Below are positions 1 to 10,339 of a stretch of 64,000 nucleotides of DNA, piece by piece. The stretch comes from Leucoraja erinacea (lineage: Eukaryota), in the NCBI RefSeq assembly GCF_028641065.1, contig NC_073401.1, positions 22,382,001 to 22,446,000 of the forward strand, written 5' to 3'. The notes under the pieces were generated by a model. The model saw only the letters and a program-made list of their open reading frames with translations. It did no database searches and was not told the origin of the DNA. Numbering within the stretch: position 1 is the stretch's first letter; each line of letters begins with the position of its first letter. Made by a program: the position numbers and the translations under genes.

Positions 1-836
1 AGACAGAATCCCGCTGGCCCTTACCTTCCACCCCATCAGCCGTCGCATACAACACATAATGCTCCGAAATTTCCGCCACCACCAACGGGATCCCTCCACT
101 AGCCACATTTTCCCATCTCCACCCCTTTCCGCCTTCCACATAGAGCGTTCCCTCCGCAACTCCCTGGTTAACTTATCCTTTCCCACCCAAACCACCCTCT
201 CCCCAGATACCTTGCCCTGTAATCGCAGAAGATGCAACACCTGTCCCTATTCCTCCTCCCTCGTGTCTGTCAAGGGACCCCGACAGTCCTTTCAGGTTAG
301 GCAGAGATTCACTTGCACCTCCTCCAACCTCATCTACTGTATCCGTTGTTCAAGATGTGGACTCTTATACATCGGTGAGACCAAATGTAGACTGGGCCAT
401 CTTTTCGCAGAACACTTTCACTCAGCCCGCCTGAACCCACCTGATCTCCCGATTACCGGACACTTTTATTCTCTTTCCCATTCCTACACAGACCTCTCTG
501 TCCTAGGTCTCCTCCATAGTCAGAGTGAGGCTAAACGCAAATTGGAGGAACAGCATCTCATATTCCGCTTGGGCAGCTTACAGCCCACTGGTATGAATAT
601 TAATGTATCTCCCTTCAGGTAGCCCCCGTATTCCCTATCTCGCTATCCCTCCCCCCACTCAAGTCGCACTAGCTTCGCGTTTTCACCCCACAAACCGCTA
701 ACAATGGCCTGTTTCCTTCACCATCTCTACTTTTTGCATATATTTTATTCATTGTTCTTCATCTCTCCACATCATCGTCTATATCTCTCGTGTCCCCAAT
801 CCCTAACCAGTCTGAAGAAGGTGTCTCGTCCCGAAA
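1..836 (+). mobile_element. Penelope-like retroelement 3' part: GIY-YIG endonuclease region (ORF 59..622) plus 3' flank ending in a hammerhead-like core
   Basis: ORF has C-x4-C-x2-C and TCTSSNLIYCIRCSRCGLLYIGET...EH...LEEQHLIFRLGSLQPTGMN, typical of PLE GIY-YIG domains; CTGAAGA...GAAA at ~812-835. Confidence 0.85.
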
Positions 837-929
837 TTGCAAGTCAGTTAATCCAACGTCAGAGGTTGGGAATTTAAAAAGGCTTGCGCATTGATGATCA
901 GCATGTCTTGTTGGTGGAAGATTCTGTCT

Positions 930-1900
930 GACGATGTGAATTTTCAAACTGGTAATTAACATGTTCATGAAGGCAGTGTCCTTAACGCCGCTTGCCTAAG
1001 CTACAGTAAAATGCATGACAGGATTACATTTGGTAAATTGGTGCAAAAGATTGGAGCCCATTGTATCCAAGGCACATTACCAAATTGGATGTAAATTGAT
1101 CTAGGTATTACGATGCAGTAGATAATGGTGGACAATTGCTTTTGCGAATGGAAGCCTGTGACCAGCTTTGTAAGCAACGATCAGTGAGGGCTATTTGTTA
1201 TATGAAGTCTATAATTCAGCCGGGCATGTAGGAGGTATGATTAATAAGGTGGCACGCCAAGCGGTGGTTGATACCGAGAGTGTCAGTCTGCAAAATGATA
1301 TCGATCATCGGGTAAAATGTGAAAGGTAATTACATGTGGAATTTAATCCTGATTATTATGCGGTGTTGCATGATAGGGTTTTACATAATGGTAGGCCATA
1401 CACCATGAATGGTCGGGCCCTGGGGCGTTGAAGAACATAGGGTTCGCAGTCTACGGTTGGAAAGTTCCATGGACATAGCAGTGCACGTATGAAGTGATAA
1501 ATATGGCGTATGAGGTATTGTATTCAACAGCACATGCATCAAATATAAGAGATCGGACTTACTTCAACTTTATAAAACATTGGGTATTCTGTGACGTTCT
1601 ACGAATATTCTGTGCAGTTCTGATCAGTGCACTATAGAACGGACGTGACTATACGGGAGGGTTTGCACTAAATTATTCACTTGGATGTTGCCTGTGATGG
1701 AATGTTTCATTTCCAAGGAAAGACTCGATAGGCCAGCTTCGTTTTCTATGAACTAGTTAAGTTGGTGCGTGAACATGATTGTGATATACAAAATTACGAG
1801 GAAAATAAATAGTGTAGAAGTAAGCCACTTGGGTACACAGCAGAGGTGTCCAAGCCAGGATCCAAGGGAGTGATTTCTCATCCAACATGCTTTTGCCATT
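930..1900 (+). mobile_element. Old, heavily decayed CR1-type LINE RT fragment
   Basis: Residual similarity to the CR1 copies elsewhere in the window (tggaagcctgtgaccag, ttctgtgcagttctgatca, cactatagaacggacgtg); no open frame; boundaries approximate. Confidence 0.55.
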
Positions 1901-3639
1901 TGGAATGCTGTGTAGCGTCTGAATGAGCACCGCAGTCATGGTAAGTTAATATCTAATGTTAGTAAACTTCTCTCTGTCTCGCAAAGAGAGATACACTATA
2001 GCCAGAGCAGACATATTTTTTCCCCAAAGCTTTAGCATGACGAGTAGAACAGTTCTACTGCCCTATCCTCTGCCTCTGTTTCCAAAACCAGGAATCATTT
2101 AATCTCTTTCAAAGCCCGTGTGTTCCCGCAACGTCAATAAAACGCGTTGCTCCTGAAAAAGATTAAAACTGATATTTACTCCAATGCCTTCAGGAAATAA
2201 TTGAACCAAAATTAATCACATTATCCATCAATACGTCAAATTTGAATCACCATTGATAGCAAGGTATTTGTCACACATCTCTTATTAACCATAAGATTGC
2301 GATGGGATGCTTATTGAATCACTGAAGTCTTCTGGGGATCGGACCCCAATTCTGTTATTGAAAAGGGATTTCCAGGCCACAGGCCCAGCAATCAAAAAAC
2401 ATTGAACGTGGCCCATGACTTGATAGCACCAGTGCTGGTCCCATGCACACAATTTGCTCTCAGCCTGAATGGCGTTGTCCGTTTGTCCTGTGAAAGCAAT
2501 TGCAATGCATTTAGTATACGCAAACAGTGTCTTCGTAAATCATTGTTACTTGCAGCGAGTGAACATACAGAATGGGGCAAAGTGTCAAATAAAGTGGATT
2601 ATTTTGCTGTGAATGAAGTTCAATTACTTGATTGCTGTCGGAGCTGCACACATCCAGGTAAACTGAAAGCATTTCAGAAATACTAAGCAGTATTTAAAAA
2701 AATCGGAAACAAAGCTTGAGACATTGAGGCCTCTGCTTGGCTTGTTTACAAGTCACCGATCTGAGGACTTTATATGTGAGAGTTTTAATTGTACAGGCAC
2801 ATTCGTGGAAAGGACCGCTCTCTTTTGATTAATTGTCAGCCGTATTGTAAGAGTTCAAATAAGAAAATGCTGATATTTTTCGGTTCTTTAGGCTGTATTT
2901 TCGTGTTGATATGGTTTAGCATTGATTCACACGGTGCTGTAGCAATCCTTAATATGAAAAGAGGCTTTCGCTATAAATAGAGCGATTGGTTCGCAGTAAG
3001 AAATGTGCGCGCGTCATATCAAGCCACGCTGTTCACATCTAAATATAATTCCATATATCGAATGAAGGTTGACAGAATCTATACCATGGCAATCCAAACA
3101 AGTACAGACTCACTTCACCTTTTTAACGGATAAAGCTACCTTGGCGATGAAATATATTTCTCAATTTCTTTCTCAATTTCGCGTGCAGTTTAGTTTCACG
3201 AGCAAAGTCAGTGAACCTGAACTAACCTTGGGTGCGACGAGCAAACATGGTTTCCAAAGATAACTCAAAAATCTTTACATTGGTTTTGACAGTGAGTTGC
3301 GTAGTCAGTAAGTTGGCCAGAATTGGCACCGAGATTTAAAAAAAATCATACATAATTTGCAGTCAATTGCAAATTCGCTTTCAGACATCTCCTAGTCGCT
3401 ATCTTCATCATAATATTCACCAGTTCATATACAATATACAATTAAAGGGATGGAGGAACAAGTCCCGCGCAGTAGGATGACACAGTGAGATCAGATTAAT
3501 CAGTACTGGATATGATGAGTTACTTCCATGAATATAATTTATTTTAACACACACTCTCTGCAACCACACAGAAAAGGATTCAAACTAAATGCAAAACCAG
3601 AATTGAATGTCCCGTTTCAAATAACACAAAATCTCCAGT

Positions 3640-3775
3640 TGTAGGAAGGAACTGCAGATGCTGGTTTACACCGAAGATAAGCACACATTGCTGGATTTTA
3701 GATGGAATAGGTGACGTTTCGGGTCGCGACCCTTCTTCATACCGAGAGTCACGGGAGAGGGAAATAGAGATATCA
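3640..3775 (-). mobile_element. Penelope pLTR-derived short repeat with degenerate hammerhead core; paralogs ~14326-14460, ~24832-24960, ~35413-35548, ~45894-46030
   Basis: Minus strand reads gtATGAAGAagggtcgcgacccGAAACGTCacctattcc...ccagcatctgcagttccttcctaca; resembles the terminal sequence of the PLE at 780-836. Confidence 0.7.
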
Positions 3776-3894
3776 AAACAGAATATCTTACGTGCTTGGA
3801 AATATATTAAATTGTACCGAGATACATAATTGGAAACTAAATCCATATCTACCTAACATTTCGGAAATAATTTGACACAGGAACAATCTGGCAA

Positions 3895-4039
3895 CATTTG
3901 ATTGGCGCAGCATCCATTCTGATTTGAGTGTTTTGCATAATTATGGAAGGCAGTGACGCCTCGCAACAGGGTTCATAAGCGACCTGGAGAGACGCCTGAT
4001 CAACCACTTCATCTGGCGCCCTCCAACAAAATAATTACA
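3895..4039 (+). promoter_or_regulatory. Putative IgL promoter: inverted CCAAT (ATTGG 3901-3905), octamer variant TTTTGCAT (3931-3938), TGACG, E-box CATCTG; repeated in clusters 2-5
   Basis: TTTTGCAT is one mismatch from the Ig octamer ATTTGCAT and sits 109 bp upstream of the ATG; also at 14616, 25117, 35705, 46186. Confidence 0.55.
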
Positions 4040-4088
4040 ATGTCTTGCTGGATGTCACTGGTTTGTGTGTTAGCATTTTCCGCAGCGT
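4040..4088 (+). CDS. IgL cluster 1 leader exon (MSCWMSLVCVLAFSAA)
   Basis: ATG, hydrophobic signal peptide, phase-1 donor T|GTGAGT. Confidence 0.93.
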
Positions 4089-4208
4089 GTGAGTATTTTA
4101 CTTCCAATGTTATTTATTCTGGAGTGCGATTAAACGTTTAGATATCTGACACTTCTGCTGTTTCGCTAATATATTGGTAAATGTATTTTTTTCTGGTTTG
4201 TTTTCCAG

Positions 4209-4553
4209 GCATAAATGCGCAAATTACACTAAATCAGCCGCCTTCAAAATCCACGTCTCCGGGACAAAACGCACTAATTTCCTGTATCTTGACTGGCGGC
4301 AGTTTAGGTAGTAGTTATGTTTCCTGGTACCAGCAGATTCCCGGAGCGGTTCCGCGGTTTCTGTTCTACTATTACTCGGGCAGCAGCATTACTAGAGGCT
4401 CGGGAGTTTCTGACCGTTTCGCGGGATCAGTGTCAGGCAACACTGCAACATTGACAATAGCGAATGTGCAGTTGGGGGACGCTGCGGACTATTACTGTGG
4501 TGTGTGGAAAAATCCTTTCATCTTCGGCAAAGGAACGAGGCTGGGTATTGGCG
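4209..4553 (+). CDS. IGLV: IgL cluster 1 germline-joined VJ exon (lambda type)
   Basis: ttttccAG acceptor; QITLNQPPS..C..WYQQ..DYYC-GVWKNPFI-FGKGTRL; donor G|GTAAGT. Confidence 0.97.
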
Positions 4554-4845
4554 GTAAGTAAACTATCTTCTACCTATGGGTTATTGATACTGCTGTGAAA
4601 AATAATTAGTTTTGTGTCGCTGATTGATGTTTCCAATAAAAGGCTTTTAAAGCTGATTTCTTAAATAATACACGACCAAGATCGAATCTCCTTTGGCAAA
4701 TTGGTTGACAACAGCAATGAAAGGACGAAATGACTGTCCATCTGTTTTTTTACTCTTAATTACTTTTCGGACGATGAACTAACATGGACCAAGCCAGGGT
4801 ACTAAGAAAACCGACCGTATGGAAACGGGAATTAACATTAGAGTG

Positions 4846-5010
4846 ACAAGGAACTGCAGATGCTGATTTGCAAAATAAAAACCCCCAAAACAGCAGAGGA
4901 GTGCCTCAGTGGGTCAGGCAGCATCTCTGGTGAACATAGATTGGCGATGACCAGAAACGCCTCATCCATCTTCTCCAGAGAAGCTCCCGAATCCATCACG
5001 TTGTGCATCT
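4846..5010. mobile_element. Penelope pLTR-derived repeat in J-C intron (two partial copies in inverted arrangement); present in clusters 1-5 and at the orthologous site of cluster 6 (59441-59560)
   Basis: acaaggaactgcagatgctg...gggtcaggcagcatctctgg followed by gaaacgcctc...tctccagagaagct. Confidence 0.6.
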
Positions 5011-5218
5011 TTCGGGGAATTATTTCTTGCCTTTAATGGCGCCTAGAATTCTAATGGAAAACGCACCTTCAATAATAGCTCATTTTCTGTTGATATTCCA
5101 TCACGAAATGTAAAATGTGGGGATTCTGCGGATCACTAGACCATGATAGACTTTTCCCAACATCGTGAACATGGAGAAATGTGGATTCTTGAAAATTATT
5201 GGTTCTCATCCCAAAATC

Positions 5219-5323
5219 GGCACGGTGGCGCAGCGGTTTAGCGCTGTAACCCAGTCGGTTCCATCCCGACTACGGGTACTGTCTGCACGAAGTTTGTTCG
5301 TTCTCCCCGTGACTGCATGTGGT
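5219..5323 (+). mobile_element. tRNA-derived SINE head fragment (HE1-like) in J-C intron; paralogs ~15909-16013, 26405-26509, 36989-37093, 47478-47582
   Basis: GGCACGGTGGCGCAGCGGT (A box), ggttccatccc (B-box-like), ttctccccgtgactgc. Confidence 0.7.
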
Positions 5324-6479
5324 ACAAATAAATTAAATCCTATTTCGAGAGGACTAGCTGCCACATTTATCCTTGTCCTCTTTTATACTTTTAAAACTGG
5401 TTAAATATTGCTCGTATACTTCTTTTGTAAGAGCTGAAGATTGTCATGGTCAATATTTAGCCGGGATAAACATCGGACGTAAACAATAACGCGGTGCGAG
5501 GTGTAGTGCAGCGACATTGGATTTGAAATCATCCATCGCTATGAATCTATGTTGTTGTTTTTAATTTTTATGCTTTAAAATCTTTGCTTAATTGTATCTC
5601 CCGGACATATTCAAAGTCAATGTCTGCTACCAATGATTTACTGCTAATGCGATATTGAATTCATTTCGTGATTTTGAAATTCCGGTACTTATGAGTTTTG
5701 TTGCCAGATGTAATTGTCATTACACTTAGAGCATGCGGATTCTGGAATCAATGGGACAGCGATTATTTCAATTTTACACGAAAAATAACTGAAAATGTGA
5801 AAGCAATTTGCGCATTGAATTTCCCAACCATATCAGTAATCAGCAAGTCATTACAGTCGATTTACTCTTTTTGCCATTGAGTGTACGGAGTGAGATTCGA
5901 TGATCAAATTCAGAAATTGAGCTAATTTTTTACTTCAAAAAGAAGACACAACATAAACGTAAACCATGTCCAAAATCAATTAAAAATGTGGGAACTAGTC
6001 TATGCATCGATGGGTTAAATGGCAAATTATTCGTGTCTCTTTTATCGAATCCTTCATGACACTTCGTTCTTTGGCCTTAATAAATGAAAGTATCCAAATA
6101 CGACATGTTTTAAGCGAGTTCAGTTGAAATTGGCACAATAGTTCCATAATTTATTAAATCCTGCAAATGGCTGTCGGGTCCAACACACGATTTTTATTTC
6201 AACTGGGGACAACGGAAATAATACTCTGGAGATCAATTAAAAACACTGACGAAATAATTTATGTTTAACCACAAAATAGAACGTGTCCCATTGTCATAAA
6301 TACCAATTAATCTTCGGAGATCACACCTGGAAATGATCTCACGTGCGCAATTGAACAATTTGAAACAATAGAGGAAAAATGTTTATTCATTAAAATGAAT
6401 GGATCCATGGTATTTTTAACTATGTTTTAACCGAAGCAGTTCTTCAACCTCCACTAATCTGTGATATTATTTTAAACAG

Positions 6480-6802
6480 CACCTCGCGCCCCCGCAATGT
6501 CCGTCCTCGGACCTTCAGCGGAAGAAATCGAGGGAAAGGGCACGGCCACCCTGGTGTGTTTGGTGAGCGGGTTTAATCCGGGTGCAGTGGACATTGAGTG
6601 GACCGTGGAGGGCAGTGCGAGAAGTGACGGCGTTGAGACCAGCCCAATCCAGCAGGAGAAGGACAACACGTTCAGTGCGAGCAGTTACCTGACTCTGCCA
6701 GTCACAGTCTGGAACTCAAACAATCTTTACTCTTGTGTGGTTAAACACGAAACCCAGGCAATCCCGTTTGAGGCAGACATCACCAGAACCGGCTGTATCT
6801 AA
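6480..6802 (+). CDS. IGLC: IgL cluster 1 constant exon (lambda type)
   Basis: aaacAG acceptor; APRAPAMSVLGPS..ATLVCLVSGFNPG..W..SSYLTL..YSCVVKHE..TGCI*; penultimate Cys for the H-L disulfide. Confidence 0.97.
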
Positions 6803-7104
6803 AACTCCTCAATTCCACCTAATGGAGCTGAAGTGATATATTTTGATAATTCTTTCTTTCTTTATTTGTGAAAAATTGGTCTGGGCATAATGTTTGTTTT
6901 TCGACCAGTCTTTGCGTTTAAAATCGTCGTTTGTCTTGCCAGTTGTGAACGCTATTCCATTAAAGCAATCAAATTGTTAATTGAACCTCCTATGCTATTC
7001 AATCTCAGCTGATGCATCTTCAAATATTCATTAATATTCAGTGGTCCGAAGTTTGTATTCTGGATGTTTGCTTACTGCTATCAGAAATTCAAACACGACT
7101 GTCA

Positions 7105-7110
7105 AATAAA
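7105..7110 (+). terminator. Candidate polyadenylation signal AATAAA ~300 bp after the C stop (conserved in clusters 1-5)
   Basis: gtcaAATAAAatc; an alternative ATTAAA lies at ~6959. Confidence 0.45.
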
Positions 7111-7386
7111 ATCAATAGTCCATTATTAAGAGCAATACATTTCCGTGACTATTATTTATGGTTTTTGACCTAATAGACGAAACAGCGATTTAGGTTGTCG
7201 AAAGTTATATAAAACCGGTGACTTTAAGTTGGTTCACTTTATCCAGCGCTCGCCCATAGGTAGCAGAAACACACACACAAACACGTCCATATGGAATCTC
7301 ATTCGAGTGAGGGCGGCTGAACATCATATACCGGCCTACTAATCAATTAGGAATCTATGTCGAACATGATGCTAAAACTAAAGAAA

Positions 7387-9165
7387 CATCTCCGACACCT
7401 CCCTCCCCTTTCCTGATCTCAATCTCTATGACAGGAGAGAGAATTATTTGGATGAGGGAATTAAATGCAAAATCTCCAGGTTTGCGGATGACACGAAGCT
7501 GGGGGGCAGTGTTAGCTGTGAGGAGGATGCTTGGAGGCTGCAAGGTGACTTGGATAGGTTGGGTGAGTGGGCAAATGCATGGCAGATGCAGTATAATGTG
7601 GATAAATGTGAGGTTATCCACTTTGGTGGCAAAACAGGAAAGTAAACTAGTCCATTATTAAGAGCAATACATTTTCGTGACTATTATTTCTGATTCGGAA
7701 GCAGTCAAATGTATGAAATCAAGATTTATGGGAAAAGGGGAGATGCAACGAGATCTGGGTGTCATGGTACACCAGTCATTGAAAGTAGGAATACAGGTGC
7801 AGCAGGCAGCGAAGAAAGCAAATGGTATGTTAGCATTCATAGCAAAAGGATTTGAGTATAAGAGCAGGGAGGTTCTACTGCAGTTGTACGGGGTCTTGGT
7901 GAGACCACACCTGGAGTATCGCGTACAGTATTGGTCTCCTAATCTGAGGAAAGACATTCTTGCCATAGAGGGAGTACAGAGAAGGCTCACCAGACTAATT
8001 CCTGGGATGGCAGGACTTTCACATGAAGAAAGACTGGATAGACTCGGCTTGTACACGCTAGAATTTAGAAGATTGAGGGGGGATCTTATAGAAACTTACA
8101 AAATTCTTAAGGGGTTGGACAAGCATGATGCAGGAAGATTATTCCCGATGTTGGAGAAGTCCAGAACTAGGGGTCACAGTTTAAGGATAAGAGGGAAGTA
8201 TTTTAGGACCGAGATGAGAAAATCATTTTTTACACGGAGAGTGCCGAATCTGTGGAATTCTCTGCCACAAAAGGTAGTTGAGGCCAGTTCAATGGCTATA
8301 TTGAGGGAGTTAGATGTGGCTCTAGGGGCTAAAGACATCAGGGGGGTATGGAGAGAAGGCAGGGATGGGATACTGAGATGGATTATAAGCCATGATCATA
8401 ATGAATGGCGGTGCAGGTTCGTAGGGCCGAATGGCCTACTCCTGCACCTATTTTCTATGTTTCTATGTTTCTATGAGATAGACCACCGACTGACGTGTAT
8501 TACAAACCCACTGACTCCCACAACTATCTCGGCTACACTACTTCCCACCCGGCTTCCTGCAAAGACTATCCCTCACTCCCAATTCGTCCGTCTGCACCGC
8601 ATCTGCGCACAAGGTGAGGTGTTCCATACATGGACATCCGAGATGTCCTCATTCTTTAGTGAACGGGAGTCCCCTTCCCCATCATAGATGATGCCCTCAC
8701 TCGTGTCTCCTCAGTACCCGCAGCTCCGCCCTTGTTCCCCTTCCCCCCAGTCGCAACAGAGACAGAGTTCCCCTGGTCCTTAAATTTGACCCCATCAGAC
8801 GTCGCATACACCACATAATCCTCCAACATTTTCGCCACCTCCAATGGGATCCCGACACTAGTCACATCTTTCCATCTCCACCCTTTTCCGCCTTCCGCAG
8901 AGATCCTCAGCAACTCCCTGGGTAACACATTCCTTCCCATCCAAATCACCGTCTCCTCCATTGCCAGAGTGAGGCGAAATGCAAATTGGAGGAACAGCAT
9001 CTCATATTCGCTGGGCAGCCTACAGCCAAGTGGAATGAATGTTGATTTAAGTAACATCAAGTAATCCTGACATTCCCTCTCTCTCTATCCCTCCCCCACC
9101 CAAGTCACACCAGCTCCTCGTCTTCGCCCAATGATCAGCTAACAACGGGCTTAAGAAGGAGAGAC
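7387..9165 (+). mobile_element. Penelope-like element remnant (RT C-terminus to 3' flank, internally deleted), interrupted by a CR1 insertion
   Basis: ISDTSLPF, IPHSQFVRLHRIC..SEMSSFF, aaattggaggaacagcatctc shared with the PLE at 1-836. Confidence 0.8.
7439..8474 (+). mobile_element. 5'-truncated CR1-type LINE inserted into the PLE, 4-bp GAGA target duplication
   Basis: [35 protein letters not shown]; (TTCTATGT)n tail; empty site visible at ~49800-49812. Confidence 0.92.
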
Positions 9166-9258
9166 AAATCAACCATGATTGAATGGTGGGTTGAAGATGG
9201 GTCGTGGCGTAATTCTACTATTCCTTACGACCTTATGACCTTATCACTGGTCCGCGCG

Positions 9259-10327
9259 GTAGGGATTAACGGGCCCCTTTCAGGCTGGCAGGAAGTGACG
9301 AGTGGGGTGCCGCGAGGCTCGGTGCTGGGACCGCAGCTATTTACAACATATGGTAATGATTTAGATGGAGGGATTAAAAGTAACATTAGCAAATTGCAGA
9401 TGATACAAAGCTGGGTGGCAGTGTGAAATGTGAAGTGGATGTTCTGAGAATGCAGCGTGACGTGGCCAGGTTGGGTGAGTGGGCAGATGCATGGCAGATG
9501 CGGTTTAATGTGAATAAATGTGAGGTTACCCAATTAGGTAGCAAAAACAGAAAGAAAGATTATTATGTAAATGGTGTCAATTTGGGAAAAGGGGAAGTAC
9601 TACGGGATCTGGGGGGGGGGTCTTTGTTCATCAATCAATGAAAGCAAGCATGCAGGTACAGAAGGCAGTGAAGGAAGCGAATGGCATGGTGGCCTTCATA
9701 ACAATAGGAGTTGAGTAAAGGAGCAAAGATTTCCTTCTGCAGTTGTACAAGGCTGTAGTGAGACCACACCTGGAGGATTGTGTGCAGTTTTGATCTTGAA
9801 ATTTGAGGAAGGACATTCTTGTTATTGAGGGAGTGCAGCGTAGGCTCACAAGGTTAATTCCAGAGATGGCGCGACTGTCATCTGCTGAGAGAATGGAGCG
9901 GTTGGGCTTGTCTACTCTGGAATTTAGAAGGATAAGAGGATATCTTATTGAGACATATAGGATTATTAAGGGTTTGCACACGCTAGAGGCAGGAAATATG
10001 TTCCCGATGTTGGGGGAGTCCAGAACCAGGGGCCACAGTTTAAGAATAAGGGATAAGCAATTTAGAACGGAGATGGGGAAACACTTTTTCACACTGAGAG
10101 TTGCGAGTCTTGTGGAATTCTCTGCCTCAGAGGAGGAGGCCGCTTCTCTGGAAACTTTCAAGAAATTGCTCGATAGGGCTCTTGAAGATAGCGGAGTCAG
10201 GGGGGATATGGGGAGAAGGCAGGAACAGGGTACTGATTGTGGATGATCATCCATGATCACATTGAATGGCCGTGCTGGCTTGAAGGGCCGTGTGGCCTAC
10301 GCCTGCACCTATTGTCTATTGTCTATT
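9259..10327 (+). mobile_element. 5'-truncated CR1-type LINE (second subfamily)
   Basis: VTSGVPRGSVLGP, WQMRFNVNKC, RTRGHSL; (CTATTGT)n tail; stops and frameshifts. Confidence 0.9.
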
Positions 10328-10339
10328 ACACAGCCATGC

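Noticed and set aside
3481-3520. Perfect RSS heptamer CACAGTG upstream of clusters 1-5
   Set aside because: No ACAAAAACC-like nonamer at 12 or 23 bp, not adjacent to a coding segment, and not conserved in cluster 6.
3953-4141. Upstream-extended leader ORF (MTPRNRVHK...)
   Set aside because: Runs through the promoter and unspliced intron; not an ATG start in most copies; the real exon is ATG to GTGAGT.
6472-6669. Recurrent antisense ORF over each C exon
   Set aside because: Shadow of the coding strand with a non-ATG start and no independent features.
4209-6802. Somatically rearranged gene or processed pseudogene as the explanation for joined VJ
   Set aside because: Six tandem copies share junction length and keep both introns, which neither explanation predicts.
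7677-8687. 336-aa ORF (also 18371-19381, 29191-30045, 39456-40400) as a novel fusion gene
   Set aside because: Chance read-through of CR1 RT C-terminus, CR1 3' UTR and Penelope sequence; start and length vary among copies; recurrence is explained by recent duplication.
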